Source: Squalus acanthias (lineage: Eukaryota). From it: DNA of 64,000 bases. How positions within the stretch are numbered: the first letter of the stretch is position 1; the number at the start of each line of letters is the position of its first letter. The DNA is taken from assembly GCA_030390025.1 (NCBI GenBank), contig CM059431.1, forward strand, positions 98,892,001-98,956,000, read 5' to 3'. The notes beneath the pieces are model-generated. The model did not search any database and was not told the DNA's origin. It saw only the letters and a program-made list of their open reading frames with translations. Of this stretch, positions 53,030-64,000 are shown one piece after another. The position numbers were made by a program, and so were the translations under genes.

Positions 53030-53508
53030 GTGTCAGCCATGGCTCAGTGGGTAGCACTCGCACCTCTGAGTCAGAAAGTCCAACTCCAGTGACGAGCACA
53101 AAATCCAGGCTGACACTGCAGTGCCAGTACTGAGGGAGAGCTGCATTGTCGGATGAGGTGGATGTAAAAGATTCCATGGCAATATTTCAAAGGTCGCACA
53201 ACACCAGGTTATAGTCCAACAGTTAAAACTGTTGGACTATAACCTGGTGTTGTGCGACCTCTCAATTTTGTCCACCCCAGTCCAACACCGGCATCTCCGC
53301 AATATTTCAAAGAGCAGGGCAGTTCTTGATGGCCTGTCCAGTATGTCCTCCACCAACATTGCTGTTTGTGGGAATTTGCTACGCAGAAGTAGGCTGCCGC
53401 GTTTCCAACATTACAACAGTGACTGCGCTTCAAAAATTACTTCATTGGCTGTAAGGCGCTTTGGGATGTCTTGAGATCGTGATTGTCGCTATATAAATGC
53501 AAATCTGT
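53030..53508 (+). mobile_element. Deu-domain SINE carrying a Penelope-like fold-back insertion
   Basis: Head tggctcagtgggtagcactcgcacctctgagtcagaa; tail cgctatataaatgcaa; insert 53193-53298. Confidence 0.85.
53193..53298 (+). mobile_element. Penelope-like element end (family A) with inverted 5' part and 14-bp TSD GCAATATTTCAAAG
   Basis: Direct repeats 53179-53192 and 53299-53312; reverse complement matches 14135-14205. Confidence 0.75.
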
Positions 53509-54017
53509 CTGTCTTAGAGAATGCCAGAGAGATTGTGATGCCCAAAGATTCTAGCCTGACTGTGTGGGGAAAGTGCTTTGTCGAATCCAAAAGCTCACCA
53601 AGTAGATGGTCAAGCTGTGCCCAACTCGCTGCCCATAGTGCTTCCCTTGGACCATATGTGGGCAATCTCTTGGTTTCCTCCTAATTGCAGTCTGCCAGTG
53701 CGTTCCATGAGATGGTGGCAGGTTGATCCCTAACCCGATCAATGTGAATCAGGGAAATAAAGACCCAATCTGGGGACAAGAACAGTCTAGTTGCTGAGAC
53801 TGAACCAGAAGGAAGTCTTATAAATCTACAGCACAGAGCCCAAGCATGACTGCACACTGTGCAAATAACATACAAATGTAAGACTGTGTTGTAACTGAAC
53901 GATTATATTAAAATTGTTCAGTAAAGGGATACTCTGCTAAAGTTGTGGCTAAGATGTAAAGCATCAGCTTCTTCCTGTGCACCTGGTTGTTGTTTGCCTA
54001 ACCTGGTCGAAAGAGAG

Positions 54018-54400
54018 AGAACTTGCATTTATATAGAGCTTTAGGACGTCCAAAGTGCTTTACAGCCAGTGAAGTGAAGTCACTGTTGTAATGTAGGAAA
54101 CGCAGTAGCCCATGAGATACTGACCAGATACAATTTTTTTGGTTGATGTTGGTTGAGGGATAAATATTGCCCAGGGGAACTCCCCTGCTCTTCTTCGGAA
54201 TAGTGCTGTTGGATCTTTTACATCTATCCAAGAGGGCAGACAGGGCCTCGGTTTAACGTCTCATCTGACAGTGCAGCACTCCCTCAGAACTGCACTGAAA
54301 TGCCAGCCTTGATTCTGTGCTCGTGTCTCTGGAGTGGGACTTGAACCTACGACCTTCTGACTCGGCAAGAGTGCTACCCACTGAGCCACGGCTGACACCT
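54018..54400 (-). mobile_element. Deu-domain SINE
   Basis: Colinear with the 21.7 kb copy, including the tRNA-like head. Confidence 0.85.
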
Positions 54401-55389
54401 TGCCTTGATGAGCATGAAATAGTTCAATTTCCATTCATTCTGCTCCTACCTAATTTTCCTGTTTTTTTTTAAATAGAGTTAGCTCCTTAAAATATTGACA
54501 TCAGCGTTTGGCATCAGCATTAAGCAATCAGCAGTTCAACCTTCACATATAGAGTTGCATGCCTTGCTGCTCATTGGATCTGAAGTATGTTTCAGAACAA
54601 GCCTCTTGAACATTTACTGTAGTTTTTAAAAGATGTCTCCTAACGGGGTGATGATCTCTGTGCTGTGCTGCGTAATGCAGAGACCTGACTGATTCATAGA
54701 CCCTTTCCGTGGGTCTACGATGCTATCGCCCAGATTGCTTGGGGTTTTATTCACACTCGGGAGTGCAGTCGACAGTGGGAGAGCGCATCTGCTGTCCCTC
54801 ACGCTCCTATAGCATCATGTGTGCGATGAGTTTCAGGAACACCAGTTGTTTGAAGTCCTTACTTGTTTCAAGGTGCTTGGCATTTCATTGCTTCAAGTTT
54901 GAGCACCGTCAGATGGTGAAGGAGGGAAACCTATTCCTGTCAGCACTGATGAGTAAAGAAATTGAAATCCCATAGCTCGATACTATTTTAACACCAACAC
55001 CTGTTCAGACTATCTAAATGGTGTCCTTTAACAGCTGTCACAGCAAGCATAGTAAATCATTCTAACATATAAAGGCTAATTTTATTTGCAAGGTACCAAG
55101 GCAGTCTCGTCAGCTTGAAGTTTCGAACTGTCAGACATGTGTATTGTGTCCAGTATTGACCACCTAAGCTCCGAATTAGCGATATTCATAAATGTGGATA
55201 CAAAACTTCAGAGAAAATGGAAAAATAGAGAAATATCAGTAGAAGTGGATTTTTCACTTGGATCTATTCAGAATAAACCAACTTTTAAAAATAGGATTCA
55301 AAGATATTTTTTTAAATGTTGATTGACTTCAACACAATTCACATGTTCCTTGTTTTGTGAGTGAGAGGAAGCATCATCTTACCTCCTGG

Positions 55390-55688
55390 ATATGGTGATG
55401 CAGTGGTTGTGTTACTGGACTAATAATCCAGAGAAAGTGATTCAAGTCCCATCGTGGCAGTTGGAGAATTAGAATTCAGTTAAAATCTGAAAGTAAATAA
55501 AAAGCTGATCTCAGTAGAAGTGACCGTGAAGCTATCGGATTGTCGTAAAAACCCAACCGGTTCACTAGTGTCCTTCAGGGAAGGAAACCTGCCGTCCTTA
55601 CCCGGTCTGGGTCTATATGTGACTCCAGTCCTGCACCAACATGGTTGACTCTTAACTGCCCTCTGAAGTGGCCTTGCAAACCACTGTC
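55390..55688 (+). mobile_element. tRNA-derived SINE of another family (copies at ~43565-43830 and ~33720-33903, both minus)
   Basis: A/B-box-like head; shared body ggattgtcgtaaaaacccaaccggttcacta...ttaactgccctctgaagtggcc. Confidence 0.7.
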
Positions 55689-55872
55689 AAGAATTAATAT
55701 ATTTAAAAAATTGCCTTGTAGGTCAGAAATTGTAGCAGGGTTGAATAGGGGTTGACAACTGATAGCTAAACAGCTTCACGGAATGGCCTCTTTCTGTGTG
55801 GTAAGTTTCTATGATTCTAATTGATGTATCACTCCGGGCGCAGTTATATGAAATATCTTTGTTTTGTTTCAG

Positions 55873-56009
55873 TAGCCGGATTGAGCTCGGAGATGTAACT
55901 CCACACAACATTAAACAGCTGAAAAGGTTAAACCAAGTCATCTTCCCTGTAAGTTACAACGACAAATTCTACAAGGATGTGCTGGAGGTTGGAGAACTTG
56001 CAAAATTAG
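55873..56009 (+). CDS. NAA50: NAA50 exon 2
   Basis: SRIELGDVTPHNIKQLKRLNQVIFPVSYNDKFYKDVLEVGELAKL; cag| and |GTAAAA; 137 nt. Confidence 0.97.
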
Positions 56010-56999
56010 GTAAAATTTGTGTTTTTTGTGTGTACTCGTGTCTGCAGTATCTACTGCTAAGTTCTTTTTAAAATAAATCGTCGGTACTTTGCTAGGAAAT
56101 GTTCTGCCTGGATTGGAACCTCTGCTGGGACCACGTTTGAAGAGTTAACCGAGTTTGTATGGGGGCTCAAATATCCATTTATCTGGCCATGCAGGTTTTG
56201 ATTCTCCTCTCTGGGAGGGTATTTTGCAGATCGGGGAGCAAGAGACGCACAGTACTCTTGGATAACAGCAGGGCATTGGAGAGCTGCATGATGTACAGAA
56301 AACTTCCCATCAAAGTGCTGGGTAACAGCGAGTAGAAACTGCTTGTCATTTGCTCGCAAAAATAGACGATATGTGAAATCCTTTCCTTGCAGTCGGTTAA
56401 AACCAGGTCAGAAAAGGCAGCTCATCGGGATCGAGGGCAAACTGAGTCACTTCTTGAAGGTGATGCAATGCAGAGAAATTCACAGAAAGGATTCTTGTAC
56501 ACCAAGCCGCTTCAGAAAATGCTTGTTCCTGCCTGGGATCTGAGCCACAAACTTGTCTTAAATCCTTTCATTTTCTTTCAACCCCAACAATAAAAAATAA
56601 AATAATCGTGCTACTGCCATGCAATCAGCTAGGCTTTGGAAGGGTGTGTGTTCTGGACACTTTTAGTATCTAACCAATTGCATGTTGCGCCTGTGCTGCA
56701 GACCAACCTCTGTCCACGTTTCTACCACAATGAATATTTTAGCTTTTGAATGCTATACCACATGTATGTTTCTGTTGCCTGTATGCCAGAGATGGAATCC
56801 AGATTGCATTGTGTAGGTCTGCAGAGGGCTTTCTGCTTCTGTGCGTACTTGACTCTTAGTTTCAGAAAGCCAAGCTCACTGCTTGTATTCTGTAGGTAAG
56901 TTATTGCCTGTTTGTTACAAAGAATAGCAAAAGCAAACCATGAAATGTGGTCACTGCTGCAAGCTAAAAGGAAACAGCTAAAGGGGTGGGAGGAGGCTC

Positions 57000-57235
57000 G
57001 TAGAATCATGGAATGATACAGCACAGAAGGAGGCCATTTGGCCCATCATGTCTGTGACGGCCCTTTGGTAGAGCTGTCCAATTAATCCCACTCCCCCCTG
57101 CTCGTTCCCCAGAGCCCTATAAATGTTTTCCCTTCAAGTATTTAGCCAATTCTCTTTTGAAAGTTGCTATTGAATCTGCTTCCACCGCCCTTTCAGGCAG
57201 CGCATTCCAGATCTAAAAAAATGATTCCTCATGTC
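57000..57235 (-). mobile_element. CR1 3' fragment
   Basis: tacagcacagaaggaggccatt tail motif. Confidence 0.75.
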
Positions 57236-57999
57236 GCAGGACCATAAACACTGGCACAGAGCAGTTGGGTCGAATGGTCTGTTTCTGTGCTGCAAATTCT
57301 ATGTAACTAAAGGCGTGAGCAAGAGCTGTAACCAGAACGTGAGCTCATTTAGAACCACAGACGGCCACATTGGAAGTGCATATTTTCATAGGTCTTTTGA
57401 GTTGCTCTCTGATCTTTTAGTTAAAAATGTAGAACCAGATTCCCTCCCTCTCAGCAATGGGGTTTGCATGTATCTTGGCTTGAGCTGTAGCAGGAAGAAA
57501 GATAAATAGAGGCAAATGATCCATTATATACCCCTGGGGTTTTGGCCAACTGTATAGCTCTGAAATGCGCTAGATTTTGGGGGCCTGATAGGCAAAATAG
57601 AGTTAGTTTAAATCAGATGCTGATGTCTGAATATTCAAAGTAGTATTTCAGTGACCAGATTTGCAGTTCCTTGTGCATTCACTGAAAAGATGGAGTAATG
57701 GAATGCTTCAAAAGTAAAATAAATGAAACGCACTTCCAAGATATTATAGTCACTTGACTACTCAAAGTTGAGGCTTAAGTAACTGGGCACTAGTTTGCAT
57801 TAAACTTCTGGTCTGCCAACCCAGGAAAAGTTAGTGTATTTGGTGTGTGTGTGCCCCCACACCTTGTTGGTGGTCATTGATTAAACCTACACGCTAAGGT
57901 TGCTGTGTGTGGAAGCACATTGGAGTATGTATACATGGGTTTTGGAGTGAATTTGGTGATCAGGTTGCCCATCTTGTATTCTAGCTGTCAGTACTCTTG

Positions 58000-59130
58000 G
58001 AATCATAGAATGGTTACAGCACAGTAGGAGGCCATTCGACCCGTCGAGCCCGTGCCGGCTCTCTGCAAGAACACTTCAGCTAGTCCCACTCCCCTGTCCT
58101 TTCTTCGCAGCCTGCCAATATTTTTCCTTCAGGTACTGATCCAACTCCCTTTTGAAAGCCACGATTGAATCTGCATCCACCACCCTTTCAGGCAGTGCAT
58201 TCCAGATCTTAACCACTTGCTGCGTATAGTTTTTCCTCATGTCACCTTTGGTTCTTCTGCCAATCACCTTAAATCTGTTCCTTCTGGTTCTCGACCCTTC
58301 TGCCAATGGGAACAGTTTCTCTCTATCTACTCTGTCCAGACCCCTCATGATTTTGAACACCTCTATCAAATCTCCTGTCAACCTTCTCTGCTCAAAGGAG
58401 AACAACCCCAGCTTCTGCAGTCTATCCACGTAACTGAAGTCCCTCATCCCTGGAATCATTCTCGTAAATCTTTTCTGCACCCTCTCATCTTTCACATCCT
58501 TCCTAAAGTGCGGTGCCCAGAATTGGACACCATACTCCAGTTAAGGCCGAACCAGTGTTTTATAAAGGTTCATCATAATTTCCTTGCTTTTGTACTCTGT
58601 GCCTCTGTTTATGAAGCCCAGTGTACCGTATGCTTTTTTAACCGCTTTCTGTCTGTCTTTTACACCACGTCAACCGCATTGCCCTCATCAACCCTCTCTG
58701 TTACCTCATTCAATCAAGTTAGTTAAACATGATTTGCCTTTAACAAATCCGTGCTGGCTTCCTTAATTAATCCACACTTATCCAAGTGACTGTTAATTTT
58801 GTCCTGGATTATCATTTCTAAAAGCTTCCCCACCACCAAGGTTAAGCTGACTGGCCTGTAGTTGCTGGGTTTATCCTTACACCCATTTTTGAACAATGGT
58901 GTAACATTTGCAATTCTGCAGTCCTCTGGCACCACCCCGTATCCAAGGAGGATTGGAAGATTATGGCCAGTACCTCCGCAATTTCTACTTTTACTTCCCT
59001 CAGCATCTTGGGATGCATCCCATCCAGTCCTGGTGACTTATCTACTTTAAGTACAGCCAGCCTTTCTAGTACCTCCTCTTTATCAATTTTTTATCCCATC
59101 CAATATCTCAACTACCTCCTCTTTCACTAT
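58000..59130 (-). mobile_element. CR1 LINE fragment with internal deletion near 58650, similar to the 49-51.7 kb copy
   Basis: Minus-strand ORFs VPEDCRIANVTPLFK and QKRFTRMIPGMRDFSY; CR1 3' tail. Confidence 0.9.
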
Positions 59131-60169
59131 GATTTAAGTTTGAGCCCAGCTGTTCAATGCAAATCTTCCACCAGTGAATGTTTTTTATAAGCCAGGAGAG
59201 TTTGAACACTTTGTTCTCCCAAGTAGTGCATGTGATCTTTAATGTTCACCAACAGTTGGGCGGGACGTTGGTTTCATGTCTTATCTGAAGGACGGCATCG
59301 CTGACAGTGCAGCATTCCTCGTTTCTCCATTGGCGTGTCGGCCTCAGTTATGAACTCAAGTCATGAGATGCCACCCTCTCCCCTCAATGAATCTCTCAAG
59401 ACGTCAATCCAGACCCTTTAGGGATGGGGGTCATGGTTGAACTCTCTGGTACTGGCTCGCTTGCTCCAGAGGTGGATGTGGTCTTGAAAGATGAACTGAC
59501 ATCGGTCTACTCTGGTTTAGAGAGAGAATCCCAGGCAGATAGAGTGGGCGGACAGGTACTGAAGACATCTTGTATGTCTGACTACCCTGAGCTATTTTAG
59601 TTTGAAACCACCAAATCCTTGTCGGTGCTTGTTAATGTTGCAAGGATACTTGACGTGCAAACACGGTTACAGGATGTCACTGTTTCTGTGCTACTGTTCC
59701 GATAGGGGCTACGTACAGTTTTCATAGAGAATTTAAATAGGATACGCAAGAATGAGTGGTCACATGACTGCACAATAGCAATCTGTAGCAGAGTCCTAAA
59801 AGGGCAGCTTTTATTGATTGACTCCGTACGTTTCCATGCAGTGACTACAAAGCCAGCCCTATCCTCACTGCATACTGAAATGTTAACAGAAGGGGCCATT
59901 CAAATCTGCAGGAGCGCGCATGCATTACTGATCACAGACCATCTGTGGTGCAGCAGCTTCTCGTGGCATTTAAACAGCATTCATTGCTGTGAGAAATGAG
60001 CAGTTCTGCTTGGTCCCCAAGTACTATCTAAATGGGATTTCTATTGGTATTACGTTAAAGGGGGAAGAAACGCTGGAAGAAGAAATACTTCCCCGTACAA
60101 GTGCTTCCCCATCTCAAAAATTGTCCTAATATTTACTAAAAAATATATTTCCTCAATTTTATAGCGCTT

Positions 60170-60535
60170 AGAATCATACAGCACAGAAGGAGGCCATTCA
60201 GCCCATCGTGCCTGTGCCGGCTCTTTGAAAGAGCTATACAATTAGTCCCACTCTCCCCCCCCCCCCCCCCCCCCCCCCCAGCCCTGAGAATTTTTCCTTT
60301 TCAAGTATTTATTCAATTCCCTTTTTGAAAGTTATTATTGACTCTGTTTCCACCGCCCTTTCAGGCAGCGCGTTCCAGATCACAGCAACTCCCTGCATTT
60401 AAAAAAAAAAAAATTCTTCTCGCCTGCCCTCTGGTTCTTTTGCCAATGACCTTAAATCTGTGTCCTCTGGTTACCAACCCTCCCGCCAGTGGAAACAGTT
60501 TCTCCGTATCTACTCGATCAAAACCCCTCATATCA
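60170..60535 (-). mobile_element. CR1 3' fragment with expanded C run
   Basis: FDRVDTEKLFPLAGGLVTRGHRFKV; tail. Confidence 0.8.
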
Positions 60536-61148
60536 TTGCTTATGAAGACTAACATTTTTGCACCTCACCGCCTCCCTCAGCTACTTCCCTGCCTCGTCAG
60601 CATCTGATTCTGCCTCTTTAGTAGCTGCGGATTTTGGACCAGCCTTGGGGCTGGCTTCCTTCTGCAAGGCTGAGTGCGCAGCAATAGTTGCCTGGAAGGA
60701 GGCTTTGCAGGATCTGGGGACTCTGGATGCAGCAGTCCAACGTGCCAATTCCAATTGAAGTGATTGGGATTCCCATCGGCAGTCACCATAACCTGCAGCG
60801 GAGGAGAGATTTGAGAGGCAAAAATAATGGTCTTGAGGGAGAACCGAAACTGTAACATGTAGGATATTTTTTAGAAAAGATCAGTTATAGGAGAGATGGT
60901 TAATGCTTTACACACAGTTTAATTTTTTTTTAAGTAAAGCAAAGCATTATATGTTCAGAAAATGTGCATGCACTATGTAGTGTTGGGGAAATACTGCATT
61001 TTATTGTATGAATTTTATTTGGGCATTTCTTCTTCTGTTTTGAAAAGTGATTTTTCCAGCAGTACACTTGGAAATGTTTATATTTTTAGTGTGGCATGGT
61101 GGCTGAATGGCGATGTATAAAAATAACTTTTATCTTGTTTACTTGCAG

Positions 61149-61268
61149 CATATTTCAATGACATTGCAGTGGGTGCAGTGTGCTGTAGAGTGGATCATTC
61201 GCAAAACCAAAAGCGATTGTACATCATGACCCTGGGATGCCTGGCACCATACCGCAGGCTAGGAATAG
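61149..61268 (+). CDS. NAA50: NAA50 exon 3 (GNAT motif A region; later exons outside the window)
   Basis: (A)YFNDIAVGAVCCRVDHSQNQKRLYIMTLGCLAPYRRLGI(G); cag| and |GTAAG; 120 nt. Confidence 0.97.
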
Positions 61269-61349
61269 GTAAGCTCGGTGGGAAGATTGCAAAAGGAAAG
61301 TCTCCCCTGGTGCGTTTGTAATTCTTACAGTTCTTAACTAATAAGACTA

Positions 61350-61778
61350 GGTTGCATAGACTAGGCTTGTATTCCCTCGGTATAGAAGATTAAGGGTGAT
61401 CTAATTGAGGTGTTTTAAGATGATTAAAGAAGTTGATAGGGGAGAGAGAGAGAAACTATTTCCTCTGGTGGGGTGTTGAGGACTAGGGGGCATCACCTTA
61501 AAATTAGAGCCAGGCTGTTCAGGGGTGATGTCAGGAAGCACTTCTTCACACAAATGGTAGTGGAAATCTGGAACTCTCTCCCCCAAAAAGCTGTTGAGGC
61601 TGGGGGGGGGGGGTCAATCAAAAATTTCAAAGCTGAGATTGATAGTTTTTTGTTAGACAAGGGCTATTAAGGGTTACGGAACCAAGACTGGCAGATGGAG
61701 TTAAGATACAGATCAGCCATGATCTGATTGAATGGCAGAACAGACTGGAGGGGCTGAATGGCCTCCTCCTGTTCCTAT
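61350..61778 (+). mobile_element. CR1 3' fragment
   Basis: RTRGHHLKIRARLFRGDVRKHFFTQMVVEIWNSLP; tail. Confidence 0.85.
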
Positions 61779-62511
61779 AAATTCTTGCAAGTTTTTGCTG
61801 GAGATGATATTTCCACAACTGTATTTGAAAGTTCCTGTTGGTGTGGAGAGTTATGGTTCTGCTACTATGTAAAGGAGTAGAAATACTAATCGGAAATTCT
61901 GTATTTGATTATTGTAGTGTAACAAACTTGAGCTAATTTTTCTGGTGTTTTGTGCTCTCGCACCAGGTGCATGCATGTTGAAGAATTCAAATGGTGGTCA
62001 ATAAAGTCCCTGTTTAAAATCTTGTTAACACTTCAGAGGTGCAGATGTGTTCTGGCTCTGTTCATTGCTGATCTCCAAGTGAAATGCATTCTGCACTGGG
62101 GCTGTTTTGAACCATGTTGGATACATTTTTGCTGCTCTTGGATTTCAACTGAACTGTACCGAACAATGTTTTAAAATATATTTAACACTAATAAAATGCC
62201 CATGGCATCGCCCCACAGTGAGTTAATAAATATATACGGTCTTTTAAATACAAGATGGTGACAGAGTTGGGAGAGGGACTTGAGAAACTGGCTTCATGGC
62301 ACCACCTAATGGCCATGGCGTGCAACTTTGTTATAAGCAACTGTTTACATAGAGGATTTCCACTCTAAATGTTTACATATGCAGTTTCAATATTAAATAT
62401 TGACAAAAGCATGACTGAATTGTGACAATAGGATACATGCACCTACACAAGATTATTAATAATATAGATTGGTACTGTTCTAATATGACTCTGGATTGCT
62501 AGGTTGGTGCC

Positions 62512-62675
62512 CAGTGTTCCCTTTAATTTTTGGGGGGTACGTGGCTCCTTCAGGGGGCTGCGCGGCCCATTCAAAATACCACGCTTGCGCGGTTTTTCCC
62601 CATTTAAAGGCCGGTGAGCCAGCTGTGCGGGAGTTCCAGAGCGCTGCATGGCCGCGCAGCTCAAAGGGAACATTG
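62512..62675. mobile_element. hAT-like MITE, same family
   Basis: TIRs CAGTGTTCCCTTT / AAAGGGAACATTG; flanking GTGCC repeat; body similar to 51985-52146. Confidence 0.7.
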
Positions 62676-63114
62676 GTGCCTAATTATGGCAAAATGCCCA
62701 TAGAGGAGTTGGGTCACAGATCAACCATGATTTCATTGAATGGCGGGAACAGGATCGAGGTGCTAAATGGTCGTCTCCTGTTCCTGTGTTCCTAAGTCTT
62801 GTTTCACAAGTTTAAGGGATGTTTTTGAAGTGACTGACTGATTGCCGATTAAGGGAATGCAGTAGGTGTGTATATGGATTTTTCAGAATGCATTTGAGAA
62901 AAGAAGCTCTGGTATCTTGCAGAATCATTTGCAGGATTTCAGTTCAAAGCTTTATCCACCAGATGTCAATCATTTACATATTTTTATAATATCTATTTAG
63001 CATTTGCTTTTCCTCTTGTCCTTGTCATTGATCCAGAAGAGGACTAAACATGTTGGTAAGTGGATTGGTTGCGGGTGGATTTAGATTAGTTGGTGAATGG
63101 GCAGATGCTGCTTT

Positions 63115-63328
63115 ACAAAGAATTTACAGCATAGAAACCAGCCATTCGGCCCAACTGGTTTTTGCTCCACATGAACCTCTCTCCCCTACTTTATCTCACC
63201 CTATCAGCTATCGGCGTAACCTTCTATTCCTTTCTCCCTCATGTGGTATCCAGCTTCCCCTTAAATGCATCTATGCTGTTCGCCTCAACCACTCCCTGTG
63301 GTAGCGAGTTCCACATTCTCGCCACTCT
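63115..63328 (-). mobile_element. CR1 3' fragment
   Basis: Similar to the tails at 44.3 and 51.9 kb. Confidence 0.75.
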
Positions 63329-63792
63329 TGTATACTTGAGATATGAATGCAAAGATTATATATTCCAGTGTGCAGTTTAGTAATGAAATGTAAGGGTTAA
63401 AGATTGGATATTGCTGCCCATTCATGGTCAGTGGGCATGAAATCTGGCCCAAAGTTAAACCTGTTTAACAGCTGAATGCAGGGAATGTGCCAAATGTTTG
63501 TTGCTGGGATAGTACTGTGATTGAAGCATTCGGAAATGGCACTGAACACATCGGAAAGTTTCTGCATGAGACAGGATCAATAGACAGAAAGGTGCCACAG
63601 AGATAGTTGATGCACAGTTTCCTTGGATTACTTATCAAAATATCTTGACTCCTTTTTTAAAATCACTGAAACAAACCAAATATTGCTCAATAAAGCCCCG
63701 ATACCTCCACGGACAGAGGAGACTTGGATTACAATGATTTGGACAGGTCCAGGTTTGATCAGACTGATTGCTGCATCCAAACCCGTTTGTTA

Positions 63793-63890
63793 TAAAAACA
63801 GAAAATGCTGTAAACGCTCAGCAGGCCAGGCAGCATCTGTGGAGAGAGCAAGAGAGTTGATGTTTCAGGTCGATGAGCTTTTGTCAGGAC
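63793..63890 (-). mobile_element. Penelope-like family B end, degenerate
   Basis: aaaacagaaaatgctg...ggcagcatctgtggagagag motif. Confidence 0.65.
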
Positions 63891-64000
63891 GGTTTATGCC
63901 TTCTAATTCCATAAGCTGTTGAGTCCTGTCTAATGATTTTGGCAGTGAGCAGAGCGTGTAGAGTGAACTGCAACACCGGCTGATCACTAAATTCATCAGG

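Noticed and set aside
53030..53100. tRNA-like A/B box sequences here and at 22085-22177, 54335-54400 and 55390-55455
   Set aside because: These are SINE heads continuous with SINE bodies; no complete cloverleaf.
63623..63922. 99-aa ORF as a possible NAA50 exon 4
   Set aside because: No resemblance to the expected GTKMLNHVLNICEKDG; the 3' half is a Penelope-like end.

Overview
Vertebrate genomic DNA. The repeat content (CR1/HER1-type LINEs, Deu-domain and HE1-type SINEs, Penelope-like ends) points to a shark or other cartilaginous fish; this is an inference. Two intron-rich housekeeping genes sit head-to-head around a CpG-rich promoter of about 1 kb at ~38.7-39.8 kb. ATP6V1A (V-ATPase catalytic subunit A) is on the minus strand: a putative non-coding exon 1 plus coding exons 2-14, all with GT/AG ends and a continuous frame; the last exon lies left of the window. 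NAA50 (N-terminal acetyltransferase) is on the plus strand: coding exons 1-3, with the rest right of the window. The introns are full of decayed retroelements, including one near full-length CR1 LINE. Most notable observations: (i) the same Penelope-like element end inserted, apparently independently, at the same position and orientation in two different Deu-SINE copies, each with its own TSD; (ii) minimal hammerhead ribozyme cores in two Penelope-like families, two of them sense to the ATP6V1A pre-mRNA; (iii) a likely U12 (minor spliceosome) intron in ATP6V1A; (iv) a candidate 19-nt poison microexon and a NAGNAG acceptor in NAA50; (v) CLEAR, CRE, NRF1 and nuclear-receptor motifs in the bidirectional promoter; (vi) several fold-back structures and a nested inverted local duplication. 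Exon coordinates were read base by base. Repeat boundaries are approximate, and family names were assigned from recall, not from a database search.
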